Source of the DNA: Squalus acanthias
Taxonomy: Eukaryota
NCBI GenBank assembly: GCA_030390025.1
Contig: CM059430.1
Location: 61,876,001-61,940,000 of the forward strand
Length of the DNA stretch: 64,000 nt
Reading direction: 5' to 3'
The position numbers were made by a program, and so were the translations under genes. The notes beneath the pieces are model-generated. The model was not told the origin of the DNA and ran no database searches. It saw nothing but the letters and a program-made list of their open reading frames with translations. Of the stretch, positions 40,451-51,099 are shown piece by piece (positions within the stretch are counted from its first letter, which is position 1; each line of letters begins with the position of its first letter).

Positions 40451-40638
40451 GGCAAATTTCTTCCCTGAGCTCCCGGTGTTAAATATTTTTCTAAACACGA
40501 TTTGAATGACTCATTACGCGGGACAAATACTTTTAGAAAATAGACAAACTGTTCTGACATGATTATGATAAAATCTCTCCATTACAGCAATCATTCTTCA
40601 TATTTCAACCCGTTGCGGAGATGCATGAATGACCCTAC

Positions 40639-40679
40639 CGGCTCTTCACTGCGTAGCAGTCCCTTTACACCTTTTTTAC
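40639..40679 (-). CDS. Receptor copy C exon 5: short cytoplasmic exon (GKKGVKGLLRSEEP)
   Basis: Acceptor attcacag, donor CCG|GTAGGG; 41 nt converts phase 1 to phase 0 as required; homologous to 16610-16653. Confidence 0.7.
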
Positions 40680-41224
40680 CTGTGAATTAATTACGTTTAA
40701 TCATAATGAATGATTGAAGTATTTACTCAGCTTCAATATCAGCGTTTTCAAAGACATTTCTGGAGAAGGTGCAAAGCCGAACATGATTCTCAATTTCAGA
40801 TTTTGCCGACAGTGTTTGAAATCCCAGTCCCTGTAGCGAGCAAAAATGGTTTACAGCCATTTCGGGCCGGTGCCTCACACCGCTTCACTCTAACTAATGG
40901 CGGACTCCCAACGGACTGGTTTGGAAAGTGATTGTGTGTCAGAGCAAATTTCATTTACCACTTGCTTCAAACTGGAAATTTCTGTTGCATATATACAAAT
41001 AATCAGATCCATTTTTAATTTGATTGTCGGAATATTTCTGCGTTTTGAGGTGTATGTATTACTGTCTGGGACAATCAGTGGACGCTGAAAACAGAAAACA
41101 CTGACTTCAAGTTTATGTCCTAATAGAATTTTCCTTACTGTGTTACTCGCAGACTCTCAGTCCCCCTCTCCCGTCCGCTCTCTGAAGTGTTGAACTAAAA
41201 TCAAAGGCTTACAGCAGATCTTAC

Positions 41225-41338
41225 CTTTATTTATCTGAAATTGGCAGTGCGTCCCAATGAAGTTCAGGAGAACTAGACACGCCAATCCACCCACCGCATA
41301 TCTAAAATACGAGTAGTACGGGGACATACCGACATCAT
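41225..41338 (-). CDS. Receptor copy C exon 4: stalk and transmembrane
   Basis: Acceptor taatcttgcag, donor G|GTAAG, 114 nt phase 1-1: DDVGMSPYYSYFRYAVGGLACLVLLNFIGTHCQFQINK; homologous to 18330-18440. Confidence 0.8.
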
Positions 41339-42404
41339 CTGCAAGATTAATAGGAGCATATATAGTAAGTTGTATATTATGGTGGGTTTTTTGTAAACAG
41401 AGGCCAAAGCAGAGTTTATTGGTTAATCTAATGGTGTTTTCAGTAACTCCGCAGTATAGAATGGAAAATGAAATGTATGTTAATTATTTTTTACATAAAA
41501 TATTACAGCGAACTCCATCATCGAATGGGTGAGACGCTTCTGGAATAATCTGCGAAGGGGGTCCCGAATTTAAGGCCTTCGAACACAGGCGCAGCGGAGG
41601 TGGAATACGAGAGGGACAAGTTTTCCTGAACCGAATGGTTTGTAATTTTACTTGATTTTATTATGTTCTTTACTTAATTGTTTGACGGTGACAATTGTTT
41701 TCGCCGTTGCCAGCATAAATGCCGAATTGCAGAAATCGGTTAAACCCCTAAATCACACTGCATGTATTGAAGTAAGAATGTCACTAAATAGTAAAGGAGA
41801 TCAAAGCGCGCTGGTTTATTAATTATTGTCTGAGAGGCAAACAGTTGTTATTAAAACCATGTAAGCGGCTGTAATGCAGGCAGGCCTGTTTGCACAGTTT
41901 AAATGAAATGTATGAAACAGGTCCAACCCGCAATGCCATGGAGGGGTAAGGGGTACGTGTTGGCCAGTGGGTTAATTTCAGAACTCTTTACGAGTGTTCG
42001 CCGAAAGGGAGATCATGATCGGGAACTGCATTGGGAGAAGCCCGAGCGCAGGCAGCTTCAATGCAGCTCCTGATAACAGACTTGATGCAGGAAAACTAGA
42101 TAATTTTAACATGGAAGGAAACAAAGAATGATTACTAACGGGAAGAATGTGAAATATAATGGAACAACAAAGATAAACATCTTGGTGGTATTTAGCTGAA
42201 GTATCCGAAAGTGGGGTCAGGATCGGGAACTGTATTGGGAGAAATCTCAGAGCAAACAGAATGACTTTAGCTCTTGCTTACAGTCTTGCAAGGATAACAG
42301 ACAATGGTAAAGAATAAAACAATATTAACATGGAAACAGAAGAAACTGGAAATTATTATTAATAATAACAGGTGAGGAAATTTAATCGGATAAAATATAC
42401 ATTG

Positions 42405-43050
42405 TTGCTTATGTTTCCAACGGGTTGGAGTATAAGAGTAAGAAAGTCTTGCTGCAGTTATATTGAGATTTGGTGAGACAGCGCCTGGGGTACTGTTTAA
42501 CGATTTGGCCTCCTTACCTAAGGAAGTATATACTTGCCTTAGAGGGAGTGCAACGACAGTTCATTAGTTTGATTCCTGGAATGAGAGGGCTGTCCTATGA
42601 GGAGCGATTGAACAGAATGGGCCTATATTCTCTGGAGTGTTTAAAAATGAAAGGTGATATAATTGAAATGTATACAATACTTAGAGGGCTTGATACGGTA
42701 GATGCTGAGAGGATGTTTCCCTCGGTTCGGGAATCTAGAACTAGTCGTCATAATCTCAGGATAAGGTGTCGGCCATATAGAACTGAAATGAGGAGAAATG
42801 TCTTCATTCAGATTGTTGTGAATCTTCGGACTTCTCTACCCCAGTGGGCTGTGGATGCTCAGTCGATGAAAATATTCAAGACAAAGATCGATAGACTTTT
42901 GGGCACTAAGGGAATCAAGATTTATGGGGATAGGATGGAAAAGTGGAGTTGAGGTAGAAGGTCACCTATGATCTTATTGAATGGTGGAGCAGGTTCGATG
43001 GGCCGTATGGACTACTGCTGCTCCTATTCTAATGTTGATATGTTCTTATA
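42405..43050 (+). mobile_element. CR1 3' fragment in the copy C C1-TM intron
   Basis: ORF 42470..42952; tail. Confidence 0.88.
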
Positions 43051-43145
43051 TTTATCATACATCAAATAGATGAATTTGAAAGCTAATAAAGTTTGACTGA
43101 GAAAATATGTTTGGCGGGCGATCTAACCCATTTTACAACACATCA

Positions 43146-46100
43146 GTTTGTTGTGGTCCACGTGGAACAAACGACATAGGTAGGAACAGGGAGGAGGTCC
43201 TGCTGAAGTCAGGAGCTAAATTGAAAAGCAGGACCTCGAGGGTAACAATCGTTGGATTATTACCTGAGCCACGTGCAAATTGGCATAGACGCAGTCAGGT
43301 CAGAGGAATGAACACGTCGCTAAAGGGGTGGTGTGGGAAAGAGGGTTCCTTTTCATGGGACACTGGCACCAGTACTGGGACAGGAAGGAGCTGTACCAAT
43401 GGGACGGGCGCCACCTGAACCGGGATGGGACCCGTGTTCTAGCAGAAAGGGTAAATAGGGAGATGGCAAAGGCTTTAAATTAGTAAGATGAGGGGAGGGA
43501 TCCACAAGAAATGAAACCAGCCTAAATATAAACAAAACAGGAAATGAGAGCATAGGACAGAGTAAAGTAAGGGAGGACATTGATGGCCAGGGTATAAATA
43601 GAGTTATAGAACAGGAGTGTAAAATGATGGTTAAAAATAAAGTGAAAGGAAATGCTATTAAAAATGTCTGTACAGCACACAGTGTCCGTAATAAAACAGG
43701 GGAGCTGGAGGCAATCATGCATTGTGAGGAGCCAGACATAGTAGAGATTACTGAGACGTGGCTACAGAAAAATCAGGGCTGGGAATTAATCATTGCAGCA
43801 TATAACCTATTTAGAAAAGATAGAGAGGGAAAAAGGGGAGATGGAGTATCTGTAGTTATTAGGGATAACATAATGTCAGTAGAAAAAATTGACAGCAGCT
43901 ATCAGCATGACAGAACTAGAATGCATGTGGATAGAGATAAAAGATAATAAAGGGTCAATCACACTAATCTGGGTCGTCAACAGGCCACCTAATAGTGGAA
44001 GGGATGTGGAGGATGAAATATGCAAACAAATTAGGAAAATGAGTAAAACACATAGAATAATAATCATGGGGGATTTCAACGACCCAGATATTAATTGGAC
44101 AGAAGAGGTAGGTAAAGCGGATAAGGAAATTGAGTTCCTACAATGTGTACAGGACTCCTTTCTAACCCAATATTTAAAAAGCCCAAGAGGGAGGATTTGT
44201 TATTGGATCTGGTAATGGGGAATGAACCAGAGCAGATAAGATAAGTAAAATTAGGGGAACGTCTAGGCAATAGTGACCATGGTATAATACTCTTTAAAAT
44301 AATAATTGGGAAGGACATAAGGATAACAAAGACCATGATAATAGGGTAGAGAAAAGTTGATGTTGAGGGACTGAGAATAGAAATTGGGAAAATAAAATGG
44401 GCAACGATATTGGCAAACAATGACATAAAACAGCAATGGGAATTATTTAAAACTGTGTTCAACAGAGTCCAGGAAAAATATATTCTGCTAAAAAACAAGA
44501 AGAAGCTAAACACTGATGAAACACCATGGATGAATAAAGATATAATGGAAAATTGAGCGTAAGGAAAGAGGCATACATTAAGTACATAGGCAGCAGGGAG
44601 AGCATGATAAGGGAAAGTACGAAGAGGTTAGCTGAGAAGTCAAAAAAGGAAGGCAAAGGGGAACTATGAAATTAAATTTTCAAGGATCATAAAACAAAAT
44701 AATAAAATATTTTACAGGCACATCAATAAAAAGGAATGTCGGGATTGGAATAGGGCCACTAAGGAATGGAAAAGGATAATACCACAGGCAGTGATAGAGA
44801 GATGGCAGAAATATTGAATAATTACTTTGCCTCTGTATGTACCAGGGAGATAGAACAGGTGGACATGGCATTGGATCATGAGATTAATAATTAAATAGTT
44901 GCATTTAAAATAACGAGGAGATATATTAAATAAACTGATCAAACTGAAAGAGGAATACACCCTGGTACGGATGGATTACATCCGTGCATTTTAACAGAAT
45001 CTAGGGAAGAGATAGCAGAGGCATTACTACACATATTTAATAATCCATTCGAAAAAGGTGTAGTGCCAGAGGACTATATTTATGAAGGGAGATAGAACAT
45101 GTCCAGGGAACTATGGATCAGTCAGCTTAACATCGGTGGTAGGAAAAATAATGGAATCGCTACTAAAGGAGAAAATAGAAGAACATCTCGAAGCCAAAAA
45201 TATAACAATGAATAGTCAGCATGGATTTCAAAAGGGAGAGACTTTTTTGAACAACCTCATTGAATTTTTTGAAGAGTTAACAGGGAGAATAGACAAGGGT
45301 AATGCAATAGAATTAATTTATCCAGATTTTCAAATGGCCTCGATAGGGTACCACATATTAGACTAATGAATAAGGTCAGAGAATGCGGAGTCAGGGGCAA
45401 GTAGCAGAATGGACAGTGAGCTGGCTTCAAGGCAGAAAGCAGAGATGGGGTAAAAGGTAGCTATTCACAGTGGCAGAAGGTGGGTAGTGGTGTTCCACAA
45501 GGTTCAGTATTGGGACCACTGTTGTTCACAAATTATATTAACGATTTAGACTTTGGAATCAAAAACACAAGTTCTAAATTTGCGGATGTCACCAAATTTT
45601 GTTGATAGTTCATACTTAGGAGGAATGCAACAAATTACAGGAAAACTTTAATAATCTTGCAGAATGGACATATAATTGGCAAATGAAATTCAGCACAGAG
45701 AAATGTGAGGTATTACATTTTCGTAGGAAGAATAGAGAGTTCACTTATTACTTGGAGAGTGCGAGTCTGAGTGGGGTAGAGGTGCAAAGGGATCTCGGAG
45801 TACAAGTACACAAATCACTTAAAGTAGCGACACAGGTTAACAAGGCCATAACAAATAAAGCAGGCACTAAGGTTTATTTCTAGACGTATAGAATTGAAAA
45901 GTAGGGAAGTTATGCTGAACCAGCATCGAACCTTGGTTAGACCACACTTGGAGTACTGCGTACAATTCTGGTCACCATATTATAAAAAGGATATGGAGAC
46001 ACTGGAGAGGGAGCAGAGAAGATTTGCAAGGATGATACCAGAAATGCGAGGGTATACCTATCAGGAAAGGATGAACCGGCTGGGTCACTTTTCACTTGAA

Positions 46101-46505
46101 AAAAGAAGGCTGAGGGGTGACCTAATTGAGGTCTTTAAAATTATGAAAGATTTTGATAGAGTAAATACAGAGAGAATGTTTCCTTGTGGAAAACAGCATA
46201 ACTAGAGGCTAGCAATATAAGATACTCACCAAGAAATCAAATAGGGAATTCAGCAGAAACGTCTTTACCCAGAGAGTGGTGAGAATGTGGAACTCGCTAC
46301 CACAGGGAGTAGTTAAGGAAAATAGTATAGATGCATTTAAGTGGAGGCTAGATAAACATATGAGGGAATAGGGACAAGAGGGTTATGCTGACAGAGTGAG
46401 TTGAGGAAAGAGGGGAGGAGGCTCGAGTGGAGCATAAACGCCGGCATGGACTGTTTGGGCCGAATGGCCTGTTTCTGTGCCGTATGTCCTGTATAATCCT
46501 ATGTA
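43146..46505 (+). mobile_element. CR1 LINE (end of ORF1, endonuclease, RT), degenerate
   Basis: GTNDIG; EITETWL; IIMGDFN; RT fragments; host intron homology resumes after it. Confidence 0.92.
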
Positions 46506-46662
46506 AGGATATTATACATTCAAACATGAATGTAATGCTTTCATTGATATCTCCCATGGGATTTCTCTGGATTAACTTCATGATTGTTAGCATGTACAAA
46601 CACTACAATATATCTCTTTACGAATTGAACAGAAGCTGGTTTTCGGACTGTTGGCCTCGTAC

Positions 46663-46725
46663 CTTGGTTAGATTTGGAAACAACATAGGTGACAGCAGCT
46701 GGAGTCTCGAGAGAGACATGAGAAA
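46663..46725 (-). pseudogene. Orphan 3' fragment of an extra C1 exon (ISHVSLETPAAVTYVVSKSNQ) with its donor
   Basis: ORF 46541..46741 aligns to the end of 47407-47470; intron flank also duplicated. Confidence 0.8.
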
Positions 46726-47406
46726 TGAGAAATGGATACAATCGCTTGCTTGGGCGCTTTTCTTACGGGGCAAAGAGTTTTCACAATAAGACGCATCGAA
46801 GCGGCTCTACTGTTGCCAGGTTGAGGGCACAGTTTTAGAGGTTTATGAGGCAGATCCAATTAAACCCGCTCTCATATGGACAGCAGTGCGGCAAAAGTTG
46901 GTCAGGGGGTCAATTTAAGACCACTGCGCTAGAAGTAGCCGAAATGGGGGTCAGGATAGGGAACTGCATTGGGAGCCGCCCGATTACAAACAACATGACT
47001 GCAGCTCTGGTAACAGTCTTGGTGCAAGAAGAGCGGGCAATGATAAAGAATAAAACAATCTTAAAATCGAAACAAAAGAAACTGAAATATTTTTCATTAT
47101 AAGCAGGAAATATAATCGGATGGAAAAGGGAAACTTCTGATATAGTTGTACATATCAAATAAAGGAATTTGAAAGCAAATAAGGTTTGTCTGAGAATATG
47201 TGTGTGGCGGGCGAGAGAAACTGGTTTTACAACACATCGGATTCAATTCTATTGTACATTACAACATGAATTTAATGCTTTCGTTGATATTTCCCATGAG
47301 ATTTCTGTGGACATTCTTCATGATTATTAATATGTATAAACTGTCCGATATATCTGTTTAAAAATTAATGTAGCTATCTCTCCTTTTTCGACTCTTAGCA
47401 TCGTAC

Positions 47407-47712
47407 CTTGGTTGTATTTAGAAACAACATGGCTGACAACAGCTGGAGTCTGGAGGGAGATATGAGATACCAAACAGGTATAATTGGCATCGCTCGGGAC
47501 AGGCTTTGTCTCAACCAAAGAGCTGGAAACTTCATACAGTCCCTCCGTGTTCTGCTTTTTCCTGGTATGGATTGCTAATGCAGTTTCGACGCCATTTTTA
47601 TACCAAGTGAGGGTGAAATTCTCAGGAAAAAACGCAGCGGTTTTACACAGAAGAGTCAGAGAAGCAGATGAATTCCCTTCAGTGGAGACAATCTTCAGTG
47701 GGGTTGGGGCCG
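47407..47712 (-). CDS. Receptor copy C exon 3: Ig C1-set domain, open
   Basis: Acceptor ctctgttccacag, donor G|GTACGA, 306 nt: ...LTLLCKTAAFFPENFTLTWYKNG...GLYEVSSSL...YTCLVSHISL...; C1 hallmarks (C-x4-FxP, WxxNG, YxCxVxH). Confidence 0.92.
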
Positions 47713-48752
47713 CTGTGGAACAGAGAATGAAAAAGTCGCTTCACTGGGCATCATTGGGAGATTAAATATGATTCTGATTTACCGTTCCGTTCATTTTAAT
47801 ATAATAGCACCATTAGAAAGAGCGGCCTCCAGTCCTTTTAATGTTACGCACATCATCTGCAAACACCTGATCCATATATCTCATAGACACCCGCATCTGT
47901 TCAATTTTACCCGCGCTATCAAGTCCAAGACTTAGAGTTACTCAGCAGACAAGTCGCAACGATTTGCGAATCAATGTTTGCTTTTCGTAGTCCAAAAAAT
48001 TAAGTAAATAAACCTCGGGGGAAGTTGGCACGCTGAGTCCCTCCGTGTTAGGAACAGATAGACAGTGACGAGTAATATGCACATTGTTGATGATTGAACG
48101 GGTGCTAAGTCAGTATCGCACAAATTTCACAGCCGAAGCATAACAATTGGTGACAGAAAGTATGTTGGTTGAACCTCAGGAGGTTTTAGTAACACAGTTC
48201 CTCGGTATTGTTTTATTTATTGGAGGTTAGTCAGGTGGCAACGTTGTGTGTTCAAAGTACCAGTTTGTTGAGCGAAGCCGTTGAGCAACAGTTAGTTTCA
48301 CCCTGGCTTTCGAATCCCTGACGCTAACATGATATGAGAATTAATTTCAGGAATTTTAAACCGCAAAGACAGCGATGGGGGAAGACAGAGCATCAGTAAT
48401 GGGCTAAGAGCCGTGTATATGTTGGGAGAGACGCATGAATATAAAATATTTTCAGTCAGTTATATGCACGGAATTTGTTCCGAAATTCCGCTATCAGACA
48501 GCAGGAGTGTAAATTGTGGAGTTATAGTCCAATTGGTTAATATTGATACATTTTGCTATACTCTGTGAAATTGAATATCTAATTAGCAGTTCTATACAGA
48601 GCACCCGTACATACAACTTAACTTAGTGCGAGATTTATTAATAGACATGTTTATAATGCTCAAAACGGTGCAATAAAACAATCACAAAACATCCCCGTTT
48701 TATATGCTCGATAGATTTTCGACTGTCCCGCTCTCCTGTGTTTCACACTTAC

Positions 48753-49070
48753 CATGCACAATTAGATGTGATCCGCTTCCATTTCCTCGAATTATTCCTT
48801 GACGGAGCACGGCACACTGATAGACTCCAGAGTCTTCGAAAGTCGCGCTCAGCAACTGAAAGAATCCGCTCGCTTTTGTCAGGCCAAACCGTTTTCTGTT
48901 GTCGGCGCTTGTGCGCAGGTATTCATTCTCACCCTGTTTCCACCAATACACTCTTACCCAGGAATGGTCCTGCGAGATGGGGAATATGCAGTAGAAGGTG
49001 ATGTTCCCTCCTCTGGATACAATCGCTTGTTTGGGCGCTTGAGTTACACTGAACGAAATCTGGTCCGCTG
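48753..49070 (-). CDS. Receptor copy C exon 2: VJ-type Ig V domain, open
   Basis: Acceptor ttttctgacag, donor G|GTAAGT, phase 1-1, 318 nt: AADQISFSVTQAPKQAIVSRGGNITFYCIFPISQDHSWVRVYWWKQGENEYLRTSADNRKRFGLTKASGFFQLLSATFEDSGVYQCAVLRQGIIRGNGSGSHLIVH; B-strand Cys, C-strand Trp, DSGVYxC and GxG G-strand in one exon. Confidence 0.92.
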
Positions 49071-49239
49071 CTGTCAGAAAATATAGTCAAGTACAGGTTA
49101 ATTTTATTAGACACGGCATGGAGTTGGAAGAGAGAAAAATAATCTCGATAGAGGAATTACAGTTCACAAAATTAGTGTGGAAACTACCTCGGAAGCATTT
49201 TATAAATTAAAGTAGCTGCGACAATGAATAAAGAGGTAC

Positions 49240-49294
49240 CTGTGTAAATAATCCCCCGAAGAGACAGGCACAGGAAAAGCATACTCGCCGACAT
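49240..49294 (-). CDS. Receptor copy C exon 1: leader (MSASMLFLCLSLRGIIYT)
   Basis: ATG at 49294, 55-nt exon ending phase 1 at donor G|GTACC; same length and 3' end (GGG ATT ATT ...) as the copy A leader. Confidence 0.8.
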
Positions 49295-49392
49295 TCTGAG
49301 CAATGAATTCAACTGATGACTCTCTGCAGCAACTGCGAGTTTGCAACTGTTAAGAATGGTTTGCGGTTACTTTTCTATGAGTTACGTTGCAA

Positions 49393-49408
49393 TGACGTCT
49401 GACATCAT
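49393..49408 (-). promoter_or_regulatory. Candidate CRE/ATF promoter element of copy C (TGACGT followed by TGACATCA, + strand)
   Basis: TGACGT 99 bp upstream of the ATG; same motif 98 bp (copy B) and 100 bp (copy A) upstream. Confidence 0.55.
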
Positions 49409-51099
49409 GTAATTGCGGGTTCAGAAATTCGGCTTCGTTTGTGAAGTAGGATTTTTTAACTTCTGCACTTAAATCGACTGCTGGAATCATATGTGGGACA
49501 GACAGCAAAGAGTAAAGCAATATATTTGAATTTCAAGTGCATAATTTACTAACACTTGTGGAGTGTTTCCTGACAAGTGACGGCAGTCTAAGCAGTTTGG
49601 GTACAGAGGAAAAGCGTTGAAGAATGGTGCTTTGGTTGACCATGTCAAAAGAGAGTTCAAACGAGCGAAAGATGAGATTACACACCATGTCACACTCACA
49701 CTTACTTTAATTAATGGCCGTTTTGGTGTTCTGTGAAAGCTAGAAACTGAGTGGAGATTTTGAAACAGGAACTGCTGGGGACCTAGGCACGCATCTGGGA
49801 GGTGGCAACAGGTTCACTGTTTTAATGAAAGTTGGAGATTTGGTGGCAGTTTGCAAGGAGAGAGCTGGCGAGTGTGAGTTTATTGAGAATAGGTGACCAC
49901 AGCTGTTTCCAAACGAAACGGGGACAGTCTCTACTTATAATTTATAATTTTAGCTATCATGGAGGGCAGAAAAGGAAGTTGGGTGGTCAGCGGTTAAATG
50001 CGATTGAGGTCTATGAATCAGGAGGTGTTTCATGTGGATTAGATGAGTGCATGTGGGGAAGAAGGAAGAAAAATACACGGAAACAGGGATTCAGAGGTAC
50101 GGTATGACGGGGACGAGAGATTTGGCCTGATGTGAAAGGGGAAAGGAGGAAGCTGTAGATGTAGCTGAGCGGATGGTCTCTATTTGATGACAAATAAACT
50201 CATGAGGTCTGTGAACTTAGTGGATCAAGTTTCAATATGTGGCTGGTAGAGGGGGAAAGAAACGGTGTGTTACCATTGATCTCCAGTACAATTGCAGAGC
50301 AGTGGGCAGTTGCGGCAGAGAACAGTGAGACTCTGCAAGGCTTCACATGGTCCAGCCAGATCTGACCTTGGATGGGTTGTAAGAATCCCTCGGGTCAGCG
50401 AATGTCTGCCCTAGTTTACCCTACCAATGATTTTGCTTGGAAATCTAAATTTGATATAACAAGGCTTTATTGTAACATTTAGCAGTATCAATCATACACG
50501 CAATATTAAACAGAAATTACAGATCCAATGTTGGTATTTTCCAAGCTTCTGGAAAGCAGTGCAGCATGGTAGGACTTGTTCAAAAATCTGCTGTGTTTGG
50601 TTCTGCTCGTGCTCTTGCACTTATAGCGCTTTTCTTATGCCTCTGTGGTGCATGAATATTGACAGTGATTATTTCCTCGGTGTTCTGAGTCCTTCTGCGC
50701 TTGCTTCTGCCATTTGGTACTGCGGAAGCTGCCTCGATCCGGTCGCACACGCGCACCCGATATTGCGGCGGCTGCGGCTCGCGGCCTCAACAAGCAGCTT
50801 TCCTCGGCTCTCTGTGGAGAAGTTCAAGGGACTGCATGAGGTTGGAGAGGAGAGGGGATCGAAGCGGGGTGGGTGAGATAGGAACTCGGAAGCGGGGGAG
50901 AGAGGAGCTCGGAACTCTCAGCACTCTGTGCAAACCGCACTCAGTGCAGCTCGCACAGGGAAGCCTGTTTTTATAGGCCTAGTATCTCTACTTAACTGCC
51001 TTCAGCTGCTCTGACTTATCCTCTGCCTTCTCCGGGGCTGCCGACTCCTCTCAGGTCCTCTGTCCTGGGCATCCCGCGCTCTTTATCCTCTGCCTTCTT

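Noticed and set aside
48700-48760. Rearranging Ig/TCR V segment with RSS
   Set aside because: No CACAGTG/ACAAAAACC seen after any V; the V exon ends in its own G strand and splice donor
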